Origin: a virus
Lineage: Duplodnaviria > Heunggongvirae > Uroviricota > Caudoviricetes
DNA length: 64,000 bases
Virus record (IMG/VR): IMGVR_UViG_3300033489_000001
Coordinates: 318,023-382,022 of that record
Reading direction: 5' to 3' (one strand)
A program made the position numbers and the translations under genes. Below the pieces are notes generated by a model. That model saw only the letters and a list, made by a program, of their open reading frames with translations. It was not told where the DNA came from and ran no database searches. Below are positions 45,565-55,504 of this stretch, piece by piece; positions within the stretch are counted from its first letter, which is position 1, and every line of letters starts with the position of its first letter.

Positions 45565-47733
45565 TCAGAAGATCAACTTAAAGGCCGCCGAATAAAGGCT
45601 TACATTCGGAGCCACATAAGCAAAAGCAACACCTCCTGTATATCCGCCCGGCCCGCTCGGAGGCGGAGTTCCTCCTGCATTGTCAATAAGGGAAGCCCAT
45701 TCATTAATATCGCCCTCTGTCTCAGAAACGCTGAGGATATAAAAACCAGCGGACAGATTAAGGATAAAATCCAAGATAGAGATCAAATATTGCAGGAACT
45801 GTTCCAGGGTGTTGATCTTCCGTTCGATGAGGTCAATGAACGCTTTAAGCTCATCTACAACTCCCGAATAAGCATCAAGAAGGGCTTGCATTTTTGCCAG
45901 CAATTCATACAAAAGTTGACCAGACCACGGAACGATATCCCGCAAAATGCTGATCTGAATCCAGTCAGGAGAAGTACCAACTAGCGTAAAAGCTTTGCAG
46001 AACTCTACGGCCGCTAATACATTCAAACGAACCAAGGGATCTTCAAAAACCTCTCCGTACAGAACCCCTGCGTCTTGAACGGCTTGCTTCCCGGCTGATT
46101 GAGGAACATTAGTAATTTCAAAAACCATGTCACTTAACGTCTTGGCCGTAAGATCCTTCGAATCTGTAGGGTCACCCTTTGGATAGGTGCCTTCCATGAG
46201 AGCCTTGAATGCCACAGCAGAATTAGCTTGCAGCATTGCCCCGGCTACCATGATAGCTAAACGAGAGGAATTCCTCCGAACCAAAGTATTGTTCCAAGGA
46301 TTTTCAGGCAGCTTCCCCTCAAAATCGGGCTGAAAAATTGCTGTTACAGCAGTACTGTTTACGGCATTGCCTACTAACGGAACAGCTTGAAATGACGTAA
46401 GTGGCCCTGCCAAAGAAACAAGGGAACCCTTTCCAATATCAGAAATCACCGAAGGCTCCACAACTGCCCCTGTATTGGGATTCCACTTGTGCCCAGGTGT
46501 CAACTGCAAATGAAAGTTAAAAGAAAAAGCCGTTTGAAATAATCGCCTAAGATTTTCAATGACATCGAACTTATCAGGGTAGGTGGGGATTCGTATGGGC
46601 GCTACCGGAGTGGCCTTACCCATAACAGGGTTATCTCCCGGCCATTTTAGGTAGTGACTTGAATCGACTACGTCCGTTTCTGGCGCTCCAAGAACTAGAG
46701 TTGTTCCTGAAACTGCTAAGTCCCCGCTAAAAGCTCGCACTCGATAATAGTAGGTCTTATCTAACTCAACATCCGTATCAATATACCGGAAGGTTCCTAA
46801 CTGTCCTAAAATAAAAGTAGCCGTAGCTGTAGTGGCATCAATGACGATGTACTTTTGAAATTTAAAGAAAGGGTCATGATACTCATCTGTAAGTCTGACT
46901 TTACAAACAACCGGAACCCCCGGTTTTCCTCGTTGCTCAAACTTTGTAGGGAGCATAGCAGTAACCTGACCCGCTGCATCAGCATCCCCTAAGTTTGCTA
47001 TGTCAACTTCACCCACGGCCGGATTGACTTCACTCTTCTCAATCAAAAACTTCGGGGGAATAAAGTTTACTGCAAGGGCTCCAAATAAGTCTGAGAAACC
47101 AGGGTCACCGGGAACCGTGGAAGGGGGTAAGGACCATTCTACCACAACTGACTCAGGTTGATCTTGAAAGAGTTTTACAACTGAAAGGATGGGATCTCCA
47201 CTGGTTCCAAGAGGAAGCACTTTGAAGCTAGCAGGAGCTAAATATTGAGGGGTAAGAAATTGTTTTCCAAAGAAGTTAAGTAGAATCTGAATCAGATGAA
47301 CGAGGCCATTAGCGCTTTCCGCATCTGCCACAATAATAGTAAAGCCACTTTGATTTAATCCTGCAACTGGTTGAGGACGGTTTGGGTCACGAGAATCATA
47401 TAGTCCTGCCTTGAAACGAGTAACAAATGCGGAAAAACCACCTACGAAACGATTAAAATTGGGATCTTTTAACGGATTAGGAACATCAAACCAACCATAA
47501 ACCCCCGTTTGTTGGAGTGACGCAAATAGTTCTTGGATAAGCTGAAGGAGCGCTTCAACGAGGGCTTTAATTGGGTTTCCAAAATCAATGAGAAACGCTT
47601 TTACAGTTTCCAGGATAGTCTTAAGAACTTCTAAGAAAAGCGTAAGGGTCTCTAAGATATTCCTAGCGCCTTCCAACAAATCCTGTCCCGGAAGCTGGAT
47701 TGAAAAGGATTCCCAATTTGGAGTAGTGGCCAT
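45565..47733 (-). CDS. structural protein (helical ends, FN3-like middle)
   Basis: YIDTDVELDKTYYYRVRA FN3-like motif; amphipathic helices. Confidence 0.55.
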   Translation of the reverse strand: MATTPNWESFSIQLPGQDLLEGARNILETLTLFLEVLKTILETVKAFLIDFGNPIKALVEALLQLIQELFASLQQTGVYGWFDVPNPLKDPNFNRFVGGFSAFVTRFKAGLYDSRDPNRPQPVAGLNQSGFTIIVADAESANGLVHLIQILLNFFGKQFLTPQYLAPASFKVLPLGTSGDPILSVVKLFQDQPESVVVEWSLPPSTVPGDPGFSDLFGALAVNFIPPKFLIEKSEVNPAVGEVDIANLGDADAAGQVTAMLPTKFEQRGKPGVPVVCKVRLTDEYHDPFFKFQKYIVIDATTATATFILGQLGTFRYIDTDVELDKTYYYRVRAFSGDLAVSGTTLVLGAPETDVVDSSHYLKWPGDNPVMGKATPVAPIRIPTYPDKFDVIENLRRLFQTAFSFNFHLQLTPGHKWNPNTGAVVEPSVISDIGKGSLVSLAGPLTSFQAVPLVGNAVNSTAVTAIFQPDFEGKLPENPWNNTLVRRNSSRLAIMVAGAMLQANSAVAFKALMEGTYPKGDPTDSKDLTAKTLSDMVFEITNVPQSAGKQAVQDAGVLYGEVFEDPLVRLNVLAAVEFCKAFTLVGTSPDWIQISILRDIVPWSGQLLYELLAKMQALLDAYSGVVDELKAFIDLIERKINTLEQFLQYLISILDFILNLSAGFYILSVSETEGDINEWASLIDNAGGTPPPSGPGGYTGGVAFAYVAPNVSLYSAAFKLIF

Positions 47734-47739
47734 TTTAGC

Positions 47740-47925
47740 TTAGCTTCCGTATTGAAGCTTACTCAATTTTTTCTTCAGGCTTGTGATCTCAGCTTGGGTC
47801 GCAACGATACTAAGTTTACATACTTCTTTCATTTTACTGTTGATGGCAAACTCTCTCTTTTCCCATTCTACTTTGGGTTTTTGCGGTTCTTCCGGCATTT
47901 CTTCTGAGATTAGCTTTTCGCTCAT
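47740..47925 (-). CDS. hypothetical protein
   Basis: ATGA-coupled to the upstream gene; coiled-coil. Confidence 0.55.
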   Translation of the reverse strand: MSEKLISEEMPEEPQKPKVEWEKREFAINSKMKEVCKLSIVATQAEITSLKKKLSKLQYGS

Positions 47926-50900
47926 GACTCCTCAACGGCAAGTAACTTGACTAATTGATTGTAGATGTCAGCTTGTGCTTTAATCCGGTTTGCAATAGCT
48001 GTAGCTTGTTTCACAACCAAACCAGATTCCAAATCTATCCTGCTGTCAATCCAGATCCATCGTTTATCGTAAAGCGTATCCGTGCTAATTAAAATGTTGA
48101 CTACCGTATCAACGTCGGTAGGGAATGCCGTCCGACGAGCATCTACAATGGTATCTCTTACATTTAGGTCCGACACAAGAGTTGCCCTAGCAAATGAAGT
48201 AGTATCAGATGCACCACCCCGAACTACTGGAACCGGGGTTGTAATAAGCGCTTTGAATGTTGTGGCACTAACCAGCAAAGAGGTAAGCCCTGAATAAATA
48301 GTGAAGAGATCCACAAGGGATTCTTTTGAGACCCCAAAAACACTTACGATACGGTAAGCTACGCCTGAAATGATGGGGAAAGAAGGATCTACAAAAAGAC
48401 GAGTCTCTGAAAAAACACTTTGAACTTGATAGATTCCGGCATCGCTTCCCGATTCAATAAAAACGTAATGAGTGGAATTAATTTCAGAGGTTATAAATGT
48501 ACCATTAGGATCATCTAACCTATTTGAAGTAGCTATACCTGTACTACTTACAAAAATATCCGTAAACACTTGATTAAAGAAGTTTAGAATAGCGGCTTGC
48601 TCTCCAGTATAAACTACTAACTCCTCTGCTAACGCCGTTTCTAATGTAGTAAGCCAATCTCCAGAAGTTCCTCCATAAGTAGCTAAAGAGTTGTCAATTC
48701 GATAAGTACAGCCGGTCATTGAAGGAAGAGCTGGGGTCAGGGTCAAAGACACATTGCTGTTAATCGCCGAAATCTGTCTACGTTCTCCATTGTTAGTACT
48801 ACTTGTACAAACAACTGTATATCCAACCTTTGCCAAGACTAAAAATAAAGCTGAAAGATCAACGAGTGTAGTTGTATTTGGAAATGTAGCTGTACCTGTA
48901 ACGGCTAATGAACTTAGTGCTATCTCATAAGTGAACCCTGAATCCACAGAATTGAAAGGTGTGTCTACCGTTACCGTATCTGCTCCAACCGATGTGATAC
49001 GGACAAATGATGACGAAGCATTTAGCCCTGTTAAAATTCTCACTAAGTCATGAACTTGTGGAAGGGGTGCTCCGAAGGGTGTGGAATTAGTAATGGTAGT
49101 TCTTGCCAAATCAAGACTCCCTGTTCCAATAAAAGGATCAGTTGTGAAAGGAGGTCTGATCGTCCCAGAAGAATTATGAATGATGCTATCCTCAATAGCT
49201 AAACTCACATCTTCGCTCACCGGATTAGGACTTTGAATCGGAAAACCCATTTCTCCATCGTCATCTTCAATGCCCCCATAAAGAGCCGGGAACTTGAGAG
49301 GAGCTGTCAAAGTGTTATTGAGATTAATCTTACCGGATAAAGCTTGAGCTTCTACCAAAGGGATGTTCAACGTTGGATCAGAGGGTGCGCTAATATAGGT
49401 TACTTGCCCTGTCTCCCCATTGAAAGAGTAATCCCGGCTCAAAAGGTAATAGTTGAGTACATCCGCCCCGGTTTGAGAAGAGTCGTCAATAGGGGAACGA
49501 TAAACAGTTGTGCCTATATCCGACACTCCAGCCAAGCCAGAAACCGTCAACGTATTTCCTGAAATACTTGAAATGGTAATTGGAGAAGAAACATTGTTGA
49601 TAAATGTTCCGTCTCTACGTTGTACCACACATTTCATCCCATTCTTGAAGGGAGGTCTTGCATAAACATCTGACCCATCAGCATCATCTATTTTTAGTTT
49701 TGTAGCACCTGAAGTTGCAGTGGACTCAGTAAGAACACCCCACGCCAATCTCGTATGAAGGTTAGATACAAGAGTTATATTCGTAGCCTTTGTGTCTAGT
49801 ACCTCATCCCCAGTTTCTGATTCATCCGTGACCGCAGAAACGCCAAAGAAGTTCTTTACAGTCGGATAGAATCGACTAAGCGGACCAGTCATATAGTACT
49901 TCTTATATGTCCCGATAGAAGTAACGGCAAAAGGAGGAAAAGTAATTGTGTAAGGAGCTGGTGAAACCTGAATCAGGTCATCAATTTGATTTAACGCTAA
50001 AACTCGATACTTACCAGCATCAGTGGTTGGCAAAGCTGTGTTTAGAGTAAGCCGTGTGGCTAACGGAACGGCTATAATCTGCCGCTTTAGAGCTTTGTTA
50101 TCCCCACTAAGAATCTCTACCGTACGCCCTATCAAAACGGACGTGAAACTTGCCGAAGCATCATTCAAGGTAACGGTATCCGAAAAGGTTGCCGATCCAG
50201 AAGGGTTGACAATACCCGTAGTTCCATCAAACAAGAAACGCCCATCGTTGTTACCTACAACACGGCCATCCAAGTATTGGAGAAGATCTTCAAGGTAATT
50301 GACCGCATCGTTATAAAATAAGAGACTCGACCGAGCTACAATATCTTGATTAGCTAAATGCTTCTCATCAAAATATAGAGAAGTACGCCCTTGCTCAAAA
50401 AGATTTGGTTGAGAAGAATTCGAGGTCTGCGGCCCGGAAGAACCGCTGCTAGCTTTAGACGCAATTTCAGCGGCGTACTCCCCACGGAAATTGGTCATCG
50501 TTTCAACACGATAAAAGAACGTGTCTAGAGCCAAAAGGAAGTAATCAGCTTTGAGGATCTGCCCCTTTAGCCCGTTCGTGCTGTTAGGTGCAATTTGGCA
50601 AGTATAAGAAGCTTGTAAACTTGACCCCGCCTGTATCACTCGTGAGCCTGTATAAAAGATAGCAAACTCTTCTGCAAGGCGAAGTTCCGTTGCTAAAACT
50701 AACCTTCCCGAAGCATCTAAAGTATAATCGAGCGGGGAACTCAGGATAATACCAGCTTGCCCACTCACACGACGGTAAACGGTGTACGTCTGTGTCAAAA
50801 TCGGGACGCCACTGGTTTGGACTTCAAGAGCAGGAGGTTCAAAAACAGGACGAACGGAGTACAGTAAAATTTGTGACCCTGGATTGTATTGACGAATTAC

Positions 50901-53900
50901 ATTGGTTGTCAGAGTCACTTCTGTACGATTAGTAGTTGCATCAAACTTAGACCCAGATACTTCAAAGAAATCCGTAAAACTAGAAGACCCATCAGTGAAA
51001 AGAACTACCGTTCCAACTTTATAAAAAGGCGTCCTATCCTCGGGAACCAAAAATCTGTTCATACCCCGAGCGACAACTTCGTAGGTTTGAAGTTCTGGGG
51101 TGAAGTAAGCCGGAATCAAAGGAGCGCTAGTGATCGGCGTAGGACCTGAAGACACATAAACTTTGGGATCAGTATAGGAATTTTGAAAAACTTGACGCTT
51201 ATCTGTTCCTGTATCGTAAAGAGTGACCGTTGTCTCATTCGTACCTGAATCGTAGGTCGAACCTCCAAGGAGATAGACCTCTTGTTGTTCAATACGAAGC
51301 AGATACCCCGCCGGGAAAACTAAAGTCTGATCCCCATGCACAACGAAACTATTACTAGGCAACCCAGTATCCGGATCAGTTTCGTAGATATCTACTTCGG
51401 CCGTCAATAAGGGCGGGTTTAGGATTGTGATGGTCTTTTCCCCGCCCACGGCTTGCGTAACGTAATAGTCAATATAAACCCGCTCGCTTGGACCTATTAC
51501 AGCGCCGTGGGGCAAAGCATCCGTGATTTGGCTATCTGAAAGAAAAGTGATGGTAGAGCTGCTCGTATCTACAACACACTGAACCCCAAGCTGCTGCGGA
51601 CGGCCTCCTCTAAATACGGCCGGAGGTGGATTTGAGGCCACAGGAAGACCCGCCGTATTGAAGCTCAAAGTCGAAGTAGGGCTAGGATGATCTTGTGTAA
51701 CTTCTTTTCGGATCAAAAAAGTAGCGTATTCTTGAACCGGCGGCCCCGGTAATGTGGGAGGGGTTGTAGACGGGGGCGCTGTTGTGTAAGTAACAAGTAC
51801 CTCTTCAAGCGCAAGCATCCGATCCGTAAACTGAATCAAACCTAGTCCGGCCGAAAGCTGATAATCCGTCTTGGGGGTTAGAGCCCGAACCCAATAAACC
51901 GTCTTACCCAAATCAGCCGTAGCAAAATTCAAGTTGCCCGTAGCTTGGCTAATTTGAACGGTACCCGTAGACGGAGTCGTAAAATCCCCATCGGTAGCCA
52001 CCAAAACAACCGATGAAAATTGACCACTTGATGCAGGCCCAAAACGAAAACGTGAGACGCCCACGTAAGCCACGGGGATGTTCAAACGAGGCGAATTTGA
52101 AGCTGTTCCAAGGAACCGGATACGCTCTACACTCGTGGAGGGATCAAGAAGTACCACTTCATTGAAGAAGCGATCAGCCAATACTTCCCGTTCTTCCTTG
52201 ACACTATAAGCTGCTCCCGTAACAGTAACCGGAACTGGTGGACCTGACAAACTCGGGGTTTGGGCAATTACATCCGTTGTCAAGACGTGTTGAGTAACAA
52301 CCGTAATGGTATAGACGCCCTTAGCCGTTGTGCTGCTTACTTCAAGCAAATGGCCTGGTAAAACCCCGGCGATTACAAAATCCGCTGTGCTATCGGTGAA
52401 AATTGTACCGGAAAAAGAAGCATTAGTACCTTCAGCCAAGATAGTCCCATGATTGGTGATGAATGAGACAATACCAGAAAGACTATCCAGTAAATAGTCT
52501 TCTCCAAGAACTAATGGAACGGTATCTAAGCTTACAGAAACGTTACTGGATAGAAGAAGAGGGTCGGGAAGAGGGACAGCTATTGTTGGTTGAACTATCG
52601 GAACAGTTACGGTTTTTCGCTGAGCAAAATAAAAAGTTTGAGTGTCAAAATTAATGAAATAGCCAAGACTTGTAGGAGGTGAAGTTACATCCAAACGCGG
52701 AAAGTTATCCGATGTATATGATCCTTGGCCTTGAATAACTTTAACCGTGAAAGGATACTTCGAATTATCAATAGGGATAGCCGGTAAGAAAACCTGAGGT
52801 GATTCAATAATCGGATCGGCCCATGTGGATCCTATGGTTTGATAGATGAGCGAAACATCCTTAGGATCAGCCCAAGTTGAAGGCGGAACCGTTGTTACGA
52901 TTTGAGTACGACTGGCATCTAAATTTACGGGAGTCCTAAAGAGACGTAACGAAATGCCACGCTCAATAGGCAAATCTCCGAAGATAACCGTAACTGATTG
53001 ACCTGAGTAGGTTGCTTGATCCGCCGCAGAAAATTGGATTGTTCCATCACTTTGCTTGACTTGAACTACGCCAGTTTCTCCCGGTGGAGTCAAAGCTGTG
53101 ACGTAAGAAAACTTTGGGAACTGATGATAAGTAGGAGCGCCGGGTAGAGCAAAGATCAAATCCCCGCCCGCCGGAGGGAGCCCCGAGATAGCCGAGGGAC
53201 TTGCAATGTTCCCCAAGACCTGTCTAGGCAAGACTAAGTCCCGAGCGAACACAACCCCATCATAGTAAACTGGAATGCCAGCATAATTAGTCGCATCGGT
53301 CGAATTAAATTTCAAGCGACCCGTTGCCAATGACCATTGCACGGTGCCCACCGAAGGAGTCGTAAAGGAAGCTTCGTTAGGAACCTCTACCGTCTGCAAA
53401 TAGAAACCATAACCAAAACGCAAGAGGGGATGCTGCCCGGTCCCCGGCTTAGGGTTTAGAAAAACTAAGGGATCAGTGAGAGCAATCGGAGCAAATCCAA
53501 TATTCCCCGTGGATTCATCGAAACCAAAAAACTGTTGCTGTTGGAAACGAACGAATTGCCCATTATATGTGACTAAATCCGTAGTGTTCCAATTCAACTC
53601 GCCACTATCTAAAGCCAATTGTACTGTCAACGAAGGAGGAGAGGTGAAAGAGGCACTTGTTGGAACGATAGCAACCGTAAACGTCCCATAAGTATCCGTA
53701 CCCCCCGTAAGTCCTACGGAAAGGCGATAAGGAGCATCAGCCCAAGGGGCGGCTTGAACGGGCGGTTTAACCTTAAGCCGAGTTGTGTTGGAATCAGATC
53801 CCAACGTTCCGGCTACCGTGATGGCACTTCCGGGGAGTGGTTTGAAGCACCCTTGACGGGAGTTGTAGTCAAACCTGTTGAAAGTAGGCCCAATGTTGGT

Positions 53901-54149
53901 GGTGCCTTCATTCTTGACCCACGCAAAATTTGCATTCGCTAGAAGTCCTGCGACCTCAGAAAGCGTACCGGCACCTTCATCAAAGACGAAAATCAGGTAT
54001 TCAGTACGAGGATTGGTCTCACTTGAAGGGTACGCTGCATTGTAAGCAGCCTGATCCGAAATATAGTCGTCAGGAGTCTGCGTAAATAAAGAATTAGATT
54101 GACTTACACGGGGAGCCTCAAGCACAAAACCAGTTATCGAAAAACCCAT
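47922..54149 (-). CDS. very large virion structural protein (2075 aa)
   Basis: Repeated DY.(L/I)...G.(I/L).F beta motifs; baseplate context. Confidence 0.6.
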   Translation of the reverse strand: MGFSITGFVLEAPRVSQSNSLFTQTPDDYISDQAAYNAAYPSSETNPRTEYLIFVFDEGAGTLSEVAGLLANANFAWVKNEGTTNIGPTFNRFDYNSRQGCFKPLPGSAITVAGTLGSDSNTTRLKVKPPVQAAPWADAPYRLSVGLTGGTDTYGTFTVAIVPTSASFTSPPSLTVQLALDSGELNWNTTDLVTYNGQFVRFQQQQFFGFDESTGNIGFAPIALTDPLVFLNPKPGTGQHPLLRFGYGFYLQTVEVPNEASFTTPSVGTVQWSLATGRLKFNSTDATNYAGIPVYYDGVVFARDLVLPRQVLGNIASPSAISGLPPAGGDLIFALPGAPTYHQFPKFSYVTALTPPGETGVVQVKQSDGTIQFSAADQATYSGQSVTVIFGDLPIERGISLRLFRTPVNLDASRTQIVTTVPPSTWADPKDVSLIYQTIGSTWADPIIESPQVFLPAIPIDNSKYPFTVKVIQGQGSYTSDNFPRLDVTSPPTSLGYFINFDTQTFYFAQRKTVTVPIVQPTIAVPLPDPLLLSSNVSVSLDTVPLVLGEDYLLDSLSGIVSFITNHGTILAEGTNASFSGTIFTDSTADFVIAGVLPGHLLEVSSTTAKGVYTITVVTQHVLTTDVIAQTPSLSGPPVPVTVTGAAYSVKEEREVLADRFFNEVVLLDPSTSVERIRFLGTASNSPRLNIPVAYVGVSRFRFGPASSGQFSSVVLVATDGDFTTPSTGTVQISQATGNLNFATADLGKTVYWVRALTPKTDYQLSAGLGLIQFTDRMLALEEVLVTYTTAPPSTTPPTLPGPPVQEYATFLIRKEVTQDHPSPTSTLSFNTAGLPVASNPPPAVFRGGRPQQLGVQCVVDTSSSTITFLSDSQITDALPHGAVIGPSERVYIDYYVTQAVGGEKTITILNPPLLTAEVDIYETDPDTGLPSNSFVVHGDQTLVFPAGYLLRIEQQEVYLLGGSTYDSGTNETTVTLYDTGTDKRQVFQNSYTDPKVYVSSGPTPITSAPLIPAYFTPELQTYEVVARGMNRFLVPEDRTPFYKVGTVVLFTDGSSSFTDFFEVSGSKFDATTNRTEVTLTTNVIRQYNPGSQILLYSVRPVFEPPALEVQTSGVPILTQTYTVYRRVSGQAGIILSSPLDYTLDASGRLVLATELRLAEEFAIFYTGSRVIQAGSSLQASYTCQIAPNSTNGLKGQILKADYFLLALDTFFYRVETMTNFRGEYAAEIASKASSGSSGPQTSNSSQPNLFEQGRTSLYFDEKHLANQDIVARSSLLFYNDAVNYLEDLLQYLDGRVVGNNDGRFLFDGTTGIVNPSGSATFSDTVTLNDASASFTSVLIGRTVEILSGDNKALKRQIIAVPLATRLTLNTALPTTDAGKYRVLALNQIDDLIQVSPAPYTITFPPFAVTSIGTYKKYYMTGPLSRFYPTVKNFFGVSAVTDESETGDEVLDTKATNITLVSNLHTRLAWGVLTESTATSGATKLKIDDADGSDVYARPPFKNGMKCVVQRRDGTFINNVSSPITISSISGNTLTVSGLAGVSDIGTTVYRSPIDDSSQTGADVLNYYLLSRDYSFNGETGQVTYISAPSDPTLNIPLVEAQALSGKINLNNTLTAPLKFPALYGGIEDDDGEMGFPIQSPNPVSEDVSLAIEDSIIHNSSGTIRPPFTTDPFIGTGSLDLARTTITNSTPFGAPLPQVHDLVRILTGLNASSSFVRITSVGADTVTVDTPFNSVDSGFTYEIALSSLAVTGTATFPNTTTLVDLSALFLVLAKVGYTVVCTSSTNNGERRQISAINSNVSLTLTPALPSMTGCTYRIDNSLATYGGTSGDWLTTLETALAEELVVYTGEQAAILNFFNQVFTDIFVSSTGIATSNRLDDPNGTFITSEINSTHYVFIESGSDAGIYQVQSVFSETRLFVDPSFPIISGVAYRIVSVFGVSKESLVDLFTIYSGLTSLLVSATTFKALITTPVPVVRGGASDTTSFARATLVSDLNVRDTIVDARRTAFPTDVDTVVNILISTDTLYDKRWIWIDSRIDLESGLVVKQATAIANRIKAQADIYNQLVKLLAVEES

Positions 54150-54154
54150 GTATC

Positions 54155-54883
54155 TTAGCCCTCCTTCCTAAGTAAAGGAAGAACAATTTTGGTACCCTTT
54201 TTTGAATTACATGCTCGACAAGCCGGAACGATATTGGTTGAATCATGTGCGCCCCCTTTGGATAGGGCTAGTACATGATCCATATGCACTTGTTTAGACG
54301 GAAGACCTGTGAGGTCGCAACCACAATAAGCACATGTCCAATTCCATTTTTTAAGGGTGTCCATCTCATCTTGAACTGTGAAGCCTCTACCAGGAGCATT
54401 ATTCTTAAATGCTTGATATCTCCTCCAGTAGGCCCTTTTTCTTTCTGGGTGTTTCTTACCCCAGTCAGATATGCGGGTTCGCACCTTATCTCGATTGGCC
54501 GTGCGGTACTTTGCACAAGCATCTAGACGTTCATCTAGATGCGTCAGATAGTATTTAGCGCTCCTAGCCCTCTCTTCGTCAAGATGACTAATATAATATT
54601 CACGACTCTTAGTTAGGGTACAAGCCCTACACCTAATATTTAGGTTATCAGGCCTACTAATGTCCATTCCAAATTTGCTTCTCTCTTTCCAAACTTTACA
54701 TACACAGCATCGCTTGAGATTAGGATCAGCGGAAACCTCACGCTTACGAGGGCGACGATGAGCATCCGCAATTTTGGTGCAAGCTCTGCACGTAGGAGAT
54801 AAGCCATCGGAACGGCTTTTATTACTTCCGAAAGCACCTAATGCCTTCCTGAGCTTACACCTACAGCAACGCTTCTCAGACAT
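54155..54883 (-). CDS. HNH homing endonuclease with N-terminal zinc-finger repeats
   Basis: CAYCG...HMDHVLALSKGGAHDSTNIVPACRACNSKKG; two C..C...K...F.......C..C units. Confidence 0.9.
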   Translation of the reverse strand: MSEKRCCRCKLRKALGAFGSNKSRSDGLSPTCRACTKIADAHRRPRKREVSADPNLKRCCVCKVWKERSKFGMDISRPDNLNIRCRACTLTKSREYYISHLDEERARSAKYYLTHLDERLDACAKYRTANRDKVRTRISDWGKKHPERKRAYWRRYQAFKNNAPGRGFTVQDEMDTLKKWNWTCAYCGCDLTGLPSKQVHMDHVLALSKGGAHDSTNIVPACRACNSKKGTKIVLPLLRKEG

Positions 54884-54925
54884 TACAACCTCTACTGGCT
54901 ACAACGAATACTAAACATATTCAAT

Positions 54926-55504
54926 TCAACTTATCTTTCCAAAACCAGAACCTGCTCCGGCAACTGGAGAAGCTGGGCCTACAATTGGAATAGGTAACGT
55001 AAAGCCAGCAAAGGTAATATCTAAAGCCATTCCAATAGCAGTGGCCAGTTTAATGCTACCTACCCCAGTCATTCCCATAGAGGAGAAACCTTGAAGCATG
55101 GCCGGAACCGCTGAAGGGCCTACAATCCTCGCTATACCACTACCTACTCCAACACTAGGATGATTTGTTTGAAGCAAAGCTAAGGCGGTAAGTCCAGTTA
55201 CAAGACCGTTAGTGACTCCAGTTATGGTCAATGGAGAAAACACCCCGATTATGCCCATGGATGAAAAACCAGTATATAATCCTCCTTGTAACAATGGAGG
55301 AGGAACAACAAGAGGCATGATCGAGGTACCAACACCAAAGGTACCAACATCTACAGTGATAGCTTTAGCTTGGGAAGTAAGAAATTGGCATACCCCCATT
55401 GCAATTCCGAGCGCTAATTTTGGCGTCCCAATTCCAATATGTGCCACCGAAAATAAATTTGGGGTGAGGAAACCAACTGCCAGGGCTGAGGGATTAAGAG
55501 GCAT
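54926..55504 (-). CDS. Gly-rich spike-associated protein
   Basis: Directly downstream of the spike gene; internal duplication; ends GSGFGKIS. Confidence 0.5.
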   Translation of the reverse strand: MPLNPSALAVGFLTPNLFSVAHIGIGTPKLALGIAMGVCQFLTSQAKAITVDVGTFGVGTSIMPLVVPPPLLQGGLYTGFSSMGIIGVFSPLTITGVTNGLVTGLTALALLQTNHPSVGVGSGIARIVGPSAVPAMLQGFSSMGMTGVGSIKLATAIGMALDITFAGFTLPIPIVGPASPVAGAGSGFGKIS